From positions 117,180,001-117,244,000 of the forward strand of contig OZ024741.1 of NCBI GenBank assembly GCA_964016885.1: 64,000 nt of DNA, given 5' to 3'. Shown piece after piece: positions 15,010 to 26,826 of this stretch. Under the pieces are notes generated by a model, which saw only the letters and a list, made by a program, of their open reading frames with translations, did no database searches and had not been told where the DNA came from. Source of the DNA: Eledone cirrhosa (taxonomy: Eukaryota). The translations under genes and the position numbers were made by a program. Each line of letters opens with the position of its first letter. Within the stretch, counting starts at the first letter, position 1.

Positions 15010-16725
15010 GGGGCAGACAACATCAGACAGCTATTAAGCAAAAGTATGAAGTCCTGGGAAACAGAGTTAACATTCAGGTGGAGAATCCTTGGGAGGCGTG
15101 AAGATCAAGAGAGGTATCTTACAGGGAGATAGTTTGTCCCCTTTGTTGTTTGTCCTTGCCCTGATACCCCTGTCCATCATATTGCGAAAAGTGAGAGCAG
15201 GATACAAGTTGGGAAGAGGAGAGTTTATCATCAACCACCTCCTCTTCATGGACGATCTTAAACTCTTTGGGAAGAGTGAGAAGGAGTTGGATGTACTTGT
15301 TGACACTGTCCGTATTTTCAGCAGTGATATATGTATGGAATCTGGTGTTAATAAATGTGGAGTCCTAGTGATGAAGAGGGGTAAATTGAGCAGAAGCAAC
15401 GGAATCCAGGTACCAAGAGGTCAGATGATAAAGGAAATTGACATTGAAGAGGGATACACATATTTAGGTGTTCTGGAGGTAGATGACATCAAGAACAAAA
15501 AAAATGAAGGAATTGATAAGATCTGAATACATAAGGAGAGTAAGGAACATATTAAAATCACATCTAAATAGTAGGAATGTCATAAGTGCAGTAAATTCCC
15601 GAGCTGTGTCTATTATTAGGTACAGTGAGAGAATTCTGAAATGAGATGTTGCTGAACAAAAAGAAATGGATAGGAAGACTAGGAAGCTATTGACTATCTA
15701 CGACATGTCCCACAAAAGGGGTGATGTTGATAGGCTCTACTTAAAGAGATCTGAGGGTGGAAGAGGTCTTATCAGCATAGAGGACTGTGGTCAGGTGGAG
15801 AAAAACAACCTGCACAAATATGTGGCTGATAGTAGGGAGAAGACAATAGATCAGGGGGATGTCCAAGGAGGAAATAACAACAAGAGGGAAGAGCAACCTT
15901 CATGAAAAATCCCTTCATAGCACCTTTAAGAAAACGAATTTAGAGATCCACAGACATGGAACTGGTAAAAAAGAGGAGACCCTGAAAAAGCTACAGAAAA
16001 AATGGTAATCGCTGCGTAAGAGCAAGCTCTCAGAACGAAGTGGGTGAAACACCATATTGACAAGGAAGAGGCTAGCTCACTATGTCGGATCTGTGGAGAG
16101 AGACAGGTGTCTGTGGCTCACATTGTATCCGAGTGTAAACACCTAGCCCAGACTCACTATAAAGGCTGGAGACATGATGTGATAGGCAGGGTGATCCACT
16201 GGCATGTATGCAAAGTAAACAATTTACCACATTCTGAGAAGTGGTATGAGCATAAGCCAGAGTCGGTGATAGAAAACGATCAGGTGAAGGTGCTATGGGG
16301 TTTTAGGATACAGACAGACAAGAAATTAGAACACAATAGGCCTGACCTGGTGGTTTGGGACAAGGAAAAAATATCGTGCCTGATTGTGGATGTAGCCTGT
16401 CCATTTGAGACAAGAGTGCAAGAAAAGGAGAGGGAGAAAATTAACCGATACCAGGATTTAAAGTGGGAGGTAAAAAGGATTTGGAACTGCCATGAAATCG
16501 GGACGATTGTTGTCATAGGCGCACTAGGTACTATCTCAAAGAGTTTCCAAGGATGGTTAAAGAAGAATAGTCCAGCCCCGCTTTTTGGAACACTCCAAAA
16601 GGCATGCTTGCTAGGAACAAGAACCCTACGATACATCCTGAATGTCTGAGGCTGCAGATAGCGGCTTGATATTCATTTCAACAAACCTTCCCATTTAAAT
16701 AACATCAATGACTGAGTCTCAAAGA
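15010..16725 (+). mobile_element. R4/Dong-clade retrotransposon family A, 5'-truncated, degenerate
   Basis: GILQGDSLSP, LFMDDLK, CRICGE..H..EC knuckle, RHD..RPDL..D..KINRY restriction-like endonuclease (RLE); (TAA)n tail. Confidence 0.9.
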
Positions 16726-16727
16726 AC

Positions 16728-16778
<51 letters not shown>

Positions 16779-16779
<1 letters not shown>

Positions 16780-17265
16780 TATGAGCATAAGCCAGAGACG
16801 GTGATAGAAAACGATCAGGTGAAGGTGCTGTGGGATTTTAAGATACAGACGGACAAGAAACTGGAACACAATAGACCTGACCTGGTGGTTGTGGACAAAG
16901 AAAAAAGATCGTGCCTGATTGTGGATGTGGCCTGCCCATTCGACACGAGAGTGCAAGAGAAGGAGAGGGAGAAAATTAACCGATACCAGGACTTAAAGTG
17001 GGAGGTAAAAAGGATTTGGAACTGCCATGAAGTCAAAGTGGTCCCGATTGTCATAGGCGCACTAGGGACTATCTCCAAAAGTTTCCAGGGATGGTTAAAG
17101 AAAATTGGCCCCTTCACGCTTTTTCGAACGCTTCAAAAGGCATGCTTGCTGGGAACAGCAAGAACCCTCCGATACGTCCTGAATATCTGAGGCTGCAGGT
17201 AGTGGCTTGATATTCATTTCAACAAACTTTCCAGTTAACTAACATCAATGACTGAGACTCAAAGA
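16779..17265 (+). mobile_element. R4/Dong family A short 3' copy
   Basis: YEHKPE..RPDLVVVDKEKRSCLIVDVACPFD RLE between two (TAA)n tracts. Confidence 0.9.
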
Positions 17266-17291
17266 GTAATATCAACAATAATAATAATAAC

Positions 17292-17379
<88 letters not shown>

Positions 17380-17384
17380 GCAGG

Positions 17385-17828
17385 CATACAGGACTTTAAA
17401 AAGAGGGTATGCCGGTTAATTGATATGTCCGTTCCAATAGACAAGAATGTATCTATAAAAACATTTGAAAAATTGAGCAAGTTTAAGGACCTGGAGATAG
17501 AAATTGGAAAAATGTGGAAATTGAGAGCTAAAACAATACCAGTGGTTGTAGGTGCTCTAGGAATGATACCTAAGAGGTCTAATGATTGCTTATCGCAAAT
17601 CCCAGGAAACCGGCGTATAGGAGAAATACAAAAGATAGTACTAATGGGAACTGCCCATATACTAAGGAAGATTCTGTCAATATAAGTACATCAAAAGTCT
17701 AAACACCTAAAGATGCATGTGTGTGTATGTATGTTCTTTCTTGAACATGGCGGACCTTGTTGTCTCTTGACGTCACTGGTTGTGACTTGGTGATAACTCG
17801 TATGAACATAAAGCAAGATAAATGCAAC
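17385..17828 (+). mobile_element. R4/Dong family B short 3' copy
   Basis: DFKKRVCRLIDMSVPID..KDLEIEI..PVVVGALG plus 3'UTR matching 26370-26513. Confidence 0.88.
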
Positions 17829-17837
17829 TATAATAAT

Positions 17838-18024
17838 TGTTTCTACGTTAGGCACAAGGCCAGCAATTAACCAGTGCATTACTGGTACTTTATTTTATCG
17901 ACCCCGTAAGGATGAAAGGCAAAGTTAACCTTGGCGGGATTTGAACCCAGAATGGCAAGGGCCGTAACTCTATACATCAAAGCATGGCGTCCGACCCTCT
18001 ACCAATACTGCCAATCCATCGCCC
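17838..18024 (-). mobile_element. SINE inserted at the 3' terminus of the family B copy
   Basis: TSD taaatgcaactataataat duplicates the end of the R4 element. Confidence 0.85.
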
Positions 18025-18517
18025 TAAATGCAACTATAATAATAATAATAATAATAGGTTGACGAGACTAGCATGGGTTTTCTTGCTAGTACCGGTTTCA
18101 TCTCAGTGTACTCAATAGGTAATGTTAAGTAAACTCCCAGAGTAGACACATAGTTATTCGCTATAACACAATACACGTAAATGGGTACCTTCAATCAATA
18201 CCCATACTCGAGTTTCTGCCACACTTAATGCAGTAAGAGAGTGCACAGCATTCACTGTCTGCTTTTATTATGCAACAATGCACAATCGGCGCATATTGCT
18301 TCATCAGCGGGTTTCGCCTAATCAATAACCAATTGATCGACAGAATTCGATTCCAGTCCGTGCCGGCTATGACTGAATGTAACGGCCTACAGTAAAACAT
18401 TAGCAACTGAAATCCCTACTCGTCATCACAATGTCGTCAGTCGATTGGCCATTGGTTCAGAAATATAAATTCCGGGAACCTGTAAACTGAGACAAGCAAT
18501 AGAGAGTAATCCAAGCA

Positions 18518-18669
<152 letters not shown>

Positions 18670-18905
18670 TTGTGTGTTTGTGTGTGTGTGTGCGTGTGAA
18701 GGCAGACCTCCTGTGTTGCTACTGAACAACATTCATTGATGATTCATAGCCGATTTCAGGATTACTTTGTAACTAAATGTTAAATATAAACTAATTATCC
18801 AAGTAAATGAATGGCATGATTCACTCATCCATCTGTGACGTTCAGAGCTTCATGATATCATGTCACTCCGTAAACCCCCCCCCCCCCCTCTCTCGCTCTC
18901 TCTAG

Positions 18906-19059
18906 AGTGAACAACACAATATATAACTACACCATTACTAAAGGTTTCAGGACCCTAGACAATGTTGACATCAGACAGATGAGCGAACTAGACTTATGTT
19001 AACATTGTCTAGGGTCCTGAAACCTTTGGTAATGGAGTAGTTGTGTTGTGTTGTTCACT
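18906..19059. repeat. Fold-back (~65-bp arms) with degenerate hammerhead
   Basis: 18906-18971 is the reverse complement of 18996-19059; contains CAGATGA..CTAGAC/GTCTAG..GAAA-CCTTTGG-TA. Confidence 0.7.
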
Positions 19060-19129
19060 TTCTAATTAAATAGCTCTGTTTTATACATCGAGCACTCTTT
19101 TTTCCTTAGCTATATCTTCGGAAATACTT

Positions 19130-19167
<38 letters not shown>

Positions 19168-19380
19168 AGAGAGACGGAGAGAGAGAGGGGGGGGGGGGAG
19201 AGAGAAAGACCATATGAAGTTGTGTGAAGGTATATTTTCATCTCCATTATATCTATTTTGCTGGTGTGCTCCACTTCCTACCCACTCCGTCGGCCTGAGG
19301 TCGTCAGATGTTGTAAACATATTTAGACAATTTCAAACAACTTTAAAATGTTTTATGGTATATATATATATATATTATAT

Positions 19381-19515
<135 letters not shown>

Positions 19516-19667
19516 TGAGACAGTAAACAGAACACAAAAAAATGTGGAAGCGAAGAGGCAGTACAAATGTTATTATTAGTTTCACCCTTGAGAGTACACG
19601 CATACATACATATATATGTATATAAACATATACATATATATATATATATAATATATATATATAAATG

Positions 19668-19711
<44 letters not shown>

Positions 19712-19726
19712 CATATATATATATAT

Positions 19727-19771
<45 letters not shown>

Positions 19772-19821
19772 ATGTATGTATGTATGTATTCATATATACA
19801 TATACATATATATGTATGTAA

Positions 19822-19909
<88 letters not shown>

Positions 19910-20089
19910 AGAGAATGTGGAGAATCCATAAAAAGCGTAGAAATAGTTGAAATATTCAGTTCCATATGTATCGCGTCTCGAAATTGCAATCTTCTTTTTT
20001 CCCATTTTACTTTTTATCTAAGGACAAGGAGTAAACAGATCAAGGATGGGTAAGTAAAGGAAAAAAAAAGATTTAAAAATTTCAGTTAC

Positions 20090-20671
20090 CTGGTGGTGGA
20101 GGTGTTGTTGCACAAATTGTATTCTTCAGTTGATCTTCTATTGTTTTCAAAGCATTGTAATCTTTTACCATGAAAACATTATGCCTTTTGTTCGAAGAAA
20201 TCATCTCTAACTCCTTCCTAGCAATATGGGTTCCTACTCCGATGGAAAATATATTAATATGAGTCAAGTGAATCAATTTGGATTCTCGGACAGTTTGGAA
20301 TGCTTGATTAGAGTTTCCGTCAGTCAGAACCACCAAGATCTGTGAGGCGTTCGCTCTTCCTCCGTTCTTAGCGCTGAATCCTTCTGTTCTGACAAAATGG
20401 AGTCCCTTGGCTGTCAATGTCAGTCCATGATCGTACTTGACAGTTTTGATGGCTTTAATAAGAGAATCTTTATCGGAGAATTTATTCAATGGAATTTGAT
20501 TCCTAACTTTCGTTGAAAAGGTTATCACTCCAACCTGGAGATTATGCGAGCCAACAATAGAATCGGCGACAAACTGACTGACGAAAGCCAAAGCTTCTCT
20601 AAAATGTGCAATTTTCACACTGCCAGAGCTGTCAAGTAAGAAAAGAATATCGGTAGGCTCAGCACCACATC
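20090..20671 (-). CDS. Exon 4: VWA domain 2
   Basis: tttatttcag| acceptor; CGAEPTDILFLLDSSGS..GLTLT..VLTDG..SIGVG..ICATTPPPP; donor G|GTAACT; phase 1-1. Confidence 0.92.
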
Positions 20672-20893
20672 CTGAAATAAACAAAAGAAAAATATATATC
20701 CCAATTAATAATCCCTAAAAAATTTACCAACGTATGTTCGATTTTTCTAGAAAATATAAAATTAAGAAACATGTTTGATTTTTCTAGAAACAAAACTAAT
20801 TAATTAATTTTTAAAAAAGAATTGCAACCATAGTCTCCTGTCCTTTTAACTTTCTGCTTTGGATTAAATATTCATAATTTTATAACGTAAAAC

Positions 20894-21195
20894 ATTGTTT
20901 CTACTTCTGGCACAAGGCCAGCAATTTGAAGGAAAATGGAAAGTCGATTAAATCAACCACAGTGCGCTACTTCTTTATTTTATCGACCCCGTAAGGATGA
21001 AAGGCAAAGCTAACCTCGGCGGGATTTGAACGCAGAATGTGAAGGGCCGTAACTATATGCCACAAGGCATGTTGTTCGATGCTCTACTGAGACTGCCAAT
21101 CTACCACCCTTGTCATGTGCAATAATGGTTTCTGATTTAGGCACAAGGCCAACACTTTTGGGGGTGGGGAAGTCGATTAAATCGACACCAGTTCA
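20894..21195 (-). mobile_element. SINE copy plus adjacent partial copy
   Basis: Same central domain and tRNA head as 4385. Confidence 0.75.
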
Positions 21196-21599
21196 TTAGA
21201 AGAAGAAGAAGAAGAAGAAGAAGAAGAAGAAGAAGAAGAAGAAGAAGAAGAAGAAGAGCCTTCGATATGTAATCATATATTACTTAAAATACATTTGCAA
21301 CTAAGCATATGTTATCATAGTTAGTGAGAGTTTCATGATAGTAGCCGATTAATCGTAGCAAATTAATATTGTGTGCACCATAAAGGCTGAAGATTAATGA
21401 TGTACGCGAGATTAATCTGCTACAATTAATGTGTTACCATCATGAAACTTTAAGTACCTACAAAAATATATGCACATATGTCATGAAGTTTAAGTAATAT
21501 ATACATACATATATATATATATATATGAGGCTACTCAGCCGATGTGTACTTAAGAAAATACTATATATTTTTAACCGTTCAACAGACTGGCAGAGGTAT

Positions 21600-21642
21600 A
21601 CAGTCCTGATGAAGGGTAATGACCCAGAAACATGTTGATTGT
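21600..21642 (+). ncRNA. Minimal type I hammerhead ribozyme
   Basis: ACAGTC-CTGATGA-aGGGT(AATG)ACCCa-GAAA-CATG-TT-GATTGT. Confidence 0.7.
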
Positions 21643-21821
21643 TCCTCAAAGCCAGTGTTGAGCAAACAGGTGACGATCGGTCACCAGCACGGCACAGCTT
21701 CAAATGAGACAGTTTGTTTACAAACGAATCGATCATTATTATTAATGTTCCATATAACCCATACGTACATATGTATATGTGTATGCGTGTGTATATATAT
21801 GAATATTTATATAAATGTATG

Positions 21822-21907
<86 letters not shown>

Positions 21908-22006
21908 AATGACTAGTTAATTAACTAATGCAATTAAAATAAAATCAATGAATAATAAAATCTTAAAATAAAACATAAAAAGCACAAAATCATTTAACTG
22001 TCTTAC

Positions 22007-22349
22007 TGGGAGCAATTGTTGCACAAGCCTTCCTCTTGACGGTTCCTTCAATTGTCTTGAGAGCATTGAAGTCATTTACTTGGAAGACATTGTCTTGAAC
22101 TGAGGCAATGGTATTAAGTTCATTATGGTGTATTCCTTTGCCAACTCCAATGGCAAATACATCTATACCAGTGTGGTGAATGGAGTTAGAAGCCTTCTTG
22201 GTTAACTTCGGGTTTGTTGAAGCACCGTCTGTTATCACGATGAGAACCTGTTTAGCGTCATGTCGGGCGCCATGATTTGGTTTATTGGAATGGGTTCGAA
22301 TGAAGTCAAGACCGAGGTTGGTCATGGTTACTCCTCCACTTTGGACAAC
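22007..22349 (-). CDS. Exon 3: VWA domain 1, C-terminal half
   Basis: ttttttaacgtaag| acceptor, phase 0; VVQSGGVTMTNLGL..VITDG..FAIGVG..KACATIAP; donor A|GTAAGA, phase 1. Confidence 0.9.
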
Positions 22350-22384
22350 CTTACGTTAAAAAAGCAAAATAAAAGGAAAAATAT

Positions 22385-22826
22385 TTTAGGCACAAACCCA
22401 GCAATTTGAGGAGAGGGGAAGTGATGAAAGTTTATCACAACACCCCAAGTACTCTACTGGTACTTTATTTTATTTACAGCAGAAGGATGAAAGGCAAAGT
22501 TAACCCCGGTGGGATTTGAAACTAGAATGTAGAAAGTCGTGACTAAACACAGTAATGCAATGTGTTCGACGCTCTAACGATTCTGCTAATCCAGCACCCT
22601 ATAATACCAATAATAATTTAAATACAAGGCTAGTAATTTGAATTGAGGTGCGGACAAATTCGATTAGATATACACGAGTTCATGACTAGTACTTTATTTT
22701 GTGAACCCTGGGAGGATGAAAAGCAAAGTTGACTTTGGCAGGATTGGAACTCAGAGCTGAAGGGGCTGTAACTAAATGCCGCAAAGAATTTTATCCGACG
22801 CTCAAACAATCTGCCAATCGAACCCC
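22385..22826 (-). mobile_element. Two tandem older SINE copies
   Basis: ggatgaaaggcaaagt..gggatttgaa motifs occur twice. Confidence 0.7.
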
Positions 22827-23039
22827 AAAATATAAATAATAATTAAAACCAAAACAAAGAAAAGATTCTTATATTTGTAGAGAAAAAGATGGTTTATAGA
22901 AGAAAGATGGATTCACTTGAATCAATCCTGTCTGTTGTAATTTAGCCTAAAAAGCAGGAATCGCCAAGTTCTTTTTGTAATTTCTCATTTTTTAATTTAT
23001 TTTTTCTCTTGCTCCACCTTCAACCATATATGATATATG

Positions 23040-23130
23040 TTGGAGATGCAGGACATGGCAGCGATAATGAGGGACAGAGACCGCTGGAGAGAACTCGTCC
23101 ATGGATCTCGGGAATTTTACCCGCCTTAGA
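23040..23130 (+). mobile_element. RTE LINE extreme 3' end
   Basis: [20 protein letters not shown] followed by a tail. Confidence 0.6.
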
Positions 23131-23268
23131 TAGATATATATATATATATATATATATATACTATAAATTATGTCCATAGAATCATTTGATAATATATATA
23201 CACCATTTCCTCTCCCAATTAGCATAATCAACCACACAAAAATCCAATTAATATATATATATATTTCA

Positions 23269-24082
23269 TTGTTGTAGTGGCTGTTGTGGTATTCTTTACA
23301 TAGCCACAGTCTTCAATTTGTCACACCTTTAACGTATGTTTATTACTCTAAGAATTCATTTATCGATTTATCGATATCATCTTATCGAATGCTTGTGCAA
23401 GCTTCTGAGGATCCCTCTTTCGAGAGATGCTGCTATAGCTTCAACTTCGATTTTATTCACTATTATCATTATTATTCTCTCCTAGCCTTTATAATTAATT
23501 AATTGATTATTGATTGATTAATTTGTGTTTGTTTGATAACCTGGTCGAGAGCTTCAATTCAGAAGCTGTGAATTGATCCCTTTGTTCACACTTCGAATTT
23601 TCCCGCCAAAAACCTGGATTAATTCTTCTTCATTCCCTGAGAAAGAACACGTGACCCCGCTGCTATAGTTGATACTATAGTATTCGCATCAGTCACATTG
23701 CACCGAGCGGATGGCACACAGAACGAAATTCCTGTTGATAAAGTGATTCCGCGTTCGATCTTGATACAGTACAGATTGGCGCATTGCGCAATCTATGCCG
23801 TTGATTTAGGATTTCACAGAAACTATTCGAAGATACTTTCTAATATCTATGGATTGGGTCCAGGTTCGTATTAACTTGTTTGTATTTTCGTTGTTGCAGT
23901 GGCTGTTGTGAAATTCTTTACCTATTCCCAGTTTTCAATTTGTCAACGTATGTTTATTAATCTAAGATTTAATTTATCGATATATCGATATCATCTTATC
24001 GAGTACTTGTGAAAGCTTCTAAGGACTGTTCTTTCGAGAGATGCTGCTACAGCTGCAACTTCGATTTTACTCATTATCATTA
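23269..24082. repeat. ~200-bp diverged direct repeat pair (23269-23472, 23891-24082)
   Basis: ttgttgYagtggctgttgtg..tctttcgagagatgctgcta..cttcgatttta shared by both copies. Confidence 0.8.
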
Positions 24083-24219
24083 ATGGCTAAAAATGACTCG
24101 ATGTAATTGTTTTAGTCTCAATACATGATCGCAGATCAAGTAATATCCCAGACAAGTGCTATTCCGAAAATTAAACGAAAATACAAAATGAGTGAAAAGG
24201 CTGTGCCATATATATATAC

Positions 24220-24449
24220 CTTGCCAATGGCGGCCAATAAACTGGCTTTGTCGTGGTACTTATTCAAGTGGAACTGGTTGTGCACTTTACTACTGTAAGT
24301 TACTAAGCTTATTTGGAGATGATTAGGACCAATGACAGAGTCGCTCACAATTTGTTTTACAAAGCTCAATTCCTTCGCAAACTCGGCCTGTGACATGCTG
24401 GAAGATGCATCCACCAAAAACATCATGTCAACTTTTGTGGTTCCACAAT
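24220..24449 (-). CDS. Exon 2: VWA domain 1, N-terminal half
   Basis: T-rich tract and tag| acceptor; (D)CGTTKVDMMFLVDASSS carries the MIDAS DxSxS motif; ends AAG|GTATAT, phase 0. Confidence 0.9.
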
Positions 24450-24649
24450 CTACATATAAAAAAATAATAATAGTATTAGTATTAATAAGGTTTTCTGAAA
24501 GTCACGTCTATGTTTATGTATGAGTAAATGTGGAGCACTGGACTGGCACCTATTTTAACGACACCTGGAGGAAATGTAAAGTTGGCCTCAATTAGAATTG
24601 AACTCAGGATTCACAGACAGGCAACGTGACCAATATATAAAAATAAAAT

Positions 24650-24805
24650 AATTGGTTCTACTTTTGGCACTTTATTTTATCAATCCCGGAAAGATAAAAA
24701 GAAAAGTTGATCCCGGTTGGATTCAACCTCAGAATGTAAAGTGTCAGGACAAATACCGTAAAGCATTTTGTTCGACTTTCGAAAGATTCTGCCAACCTAC
24801 CACCC

Positions 24806-24806
<1 letters not shown>
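24650..24806 (-). mobile_element. Old SINE copy
   Basis: Degenerate central domain and tRNA head. Confidence 0.6.
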
Positions 24807-24889
<83 letters not shown>

Positions 24890-24891
<2 letters not shown>

Positions 24892-26512
24892 GATAAATGC
24901 GCCAAAGCAACGTTCACGACTAGATAAATGCGCCAAAGCAACGTTCACCAGAGGAAAGCTGCTGAAGAGTTCAGACATTAATCTTGATCGGGGGAACGTG
25001 ATAAGAGAACTTGATCAAGAAAAAACTTACAAATATCTAGGTGTTTGTGAAGGAGACGGAATCAAGCACTCGACAATGAGGGAAAGGATAAGGAAGGAAT
25101 GTTACCGCAGAGTAAGAGCAATCTTAAGAACGGAATTGAATGCAAGGAATAGGATCGATGCCATAAACACGCTTGCCATACCAGTAGTAACCTACAGTTA
25201 CAATGTCATCATCTGGTCAAGCACAGAGATCCGTAGGCTCGATACAAAAATTCGAAAATTCTTAACCATGCACAGAATGCATCACCCTAAGGCAGATATA
25301 GATAGAATATATCTCCCTAGGAAAGAAGGAGGACGTGGGTTAATCCAGTTAGACATTGCGTTGAAAACTGCAACAATTGGATTATCTACATATCTAAGGG
25401 AATCACATGATTGGATGATCAAACTCGTTTTGAAACACGAAAGCATCAAAAGATCATATTCCATTACAAAAGATGCACAAAGATACAGTAATGGACTACA
25501 AATTTCAGAAGTCCCATTTACTGCTGAAATGGAAAACACAGAAAAAGCAAAGCAGGTAAAAGTAACTGCAAAGAAAGAATTGCTACAGAAACTGGCTGAG
25601 AAATGGCAAGAAAAGCCTCTGTATGGAAAATACCCAGAGCGAGCTAACAATCCTGATGTTGACAAAACTTTAACCCATCAGTGGTTGGCATCCTCTGGAC
25701 TGAAATCGGAGACTGAAGGACTGATTATATCAGCACAAGATCAGTGTCTGCCAACAAAAAATTACCAAGCCAACATAATAAAAAAATGGATGCAGCCCAT
25801 TATGCCGTGTATGCAAAAAACAACCAGAGACCATTGACCATATAATTTCAATGTGCAGTCCTATAGCTCCAACCGAATACCTAAACAGGCATGACAGAGC
25901 TGCACAATACATACATTGGATAATGTGTAAGCATTTTGACCTGCCCCATCAAAAGAATTGGTGGGAGCATCAACCACCTCCCATACCTGAAAAAGATCAC
26001 ATCTCAATCTTGTGGAACTTTAGCATCCAAACAGACCGAAAAATAGATGCAAATAGACCTGATATAATATTGAAGGACTTTAAAAAGAGGGTATGCCTGC
26101 TAATTGATATGTCTGTTCCAATAGACAAGAATGTATCTATAAAAACATTTGAAAAATTGAGCAAGTATAAGGACCTGGAGATAGAAATTGGAAAAATGTG
26201 GAAATTGAGAACTAAAACAATACCAGTGGTTGTAGGCGCTCTGGGAATGATACCTAAGGGGTCTAATGATTACTTATCGCAGATCCCAGGAAACCCGCGT
26301 ATAGGAGAAATACAAAAGATAGTACTAATTGGAACTGCCCATATACTAAGGAAGATTCTGTCAATATAAGTACATCACAAGTCTAAACACTAAAGATGCA
26401 TGTGTGAGTATGCATGTTCTTCCTTGAACATGGCGGACCTTGTTGTCTCTTGAGGTCACTGGTTGTGACTTGGTGATAACTCGTATGAACATAAAGCAAG
26501 ATAAATGCAACT

Positions 26513-26513
<1 letters not shown>
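24890..26513 (+). mobile_element. R4/Dong family B, 5'-truncated (RT C-terminus, CCHC, RLE)
   Basis: YKYLG..DIDRIYLPRKEGGRGL..CRVC..H..C..RHD..RPDI..D..KY; one frameshift at an A-run near 25780; (TAA)n on both sides. Confidence 0.92.
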
Positions 26514-26579
<66 letters not shown>

Positions 26580-26826
26580 TTTCTTTATTAACCACAAGGG
26601 TTTACATAAAGTAGACATTAAGGACAGTGCAGGACAATGCAGGACGGTACAAATGGGCATTTCTGCGTGTAAAAAACAAAAACAGAGGATGTAACAAAAA
26701 TAACAATGAAAAATTCCCCAATAGGGGGGAGACTTCGGAGGGACATTTGTGGAGAAAGCCCAGTAAAAAGCCACAATGACCCTGACCACCAAGGCAAGTG
26801 CCCTCTCCCAGTTTTCCACCTTTAGT

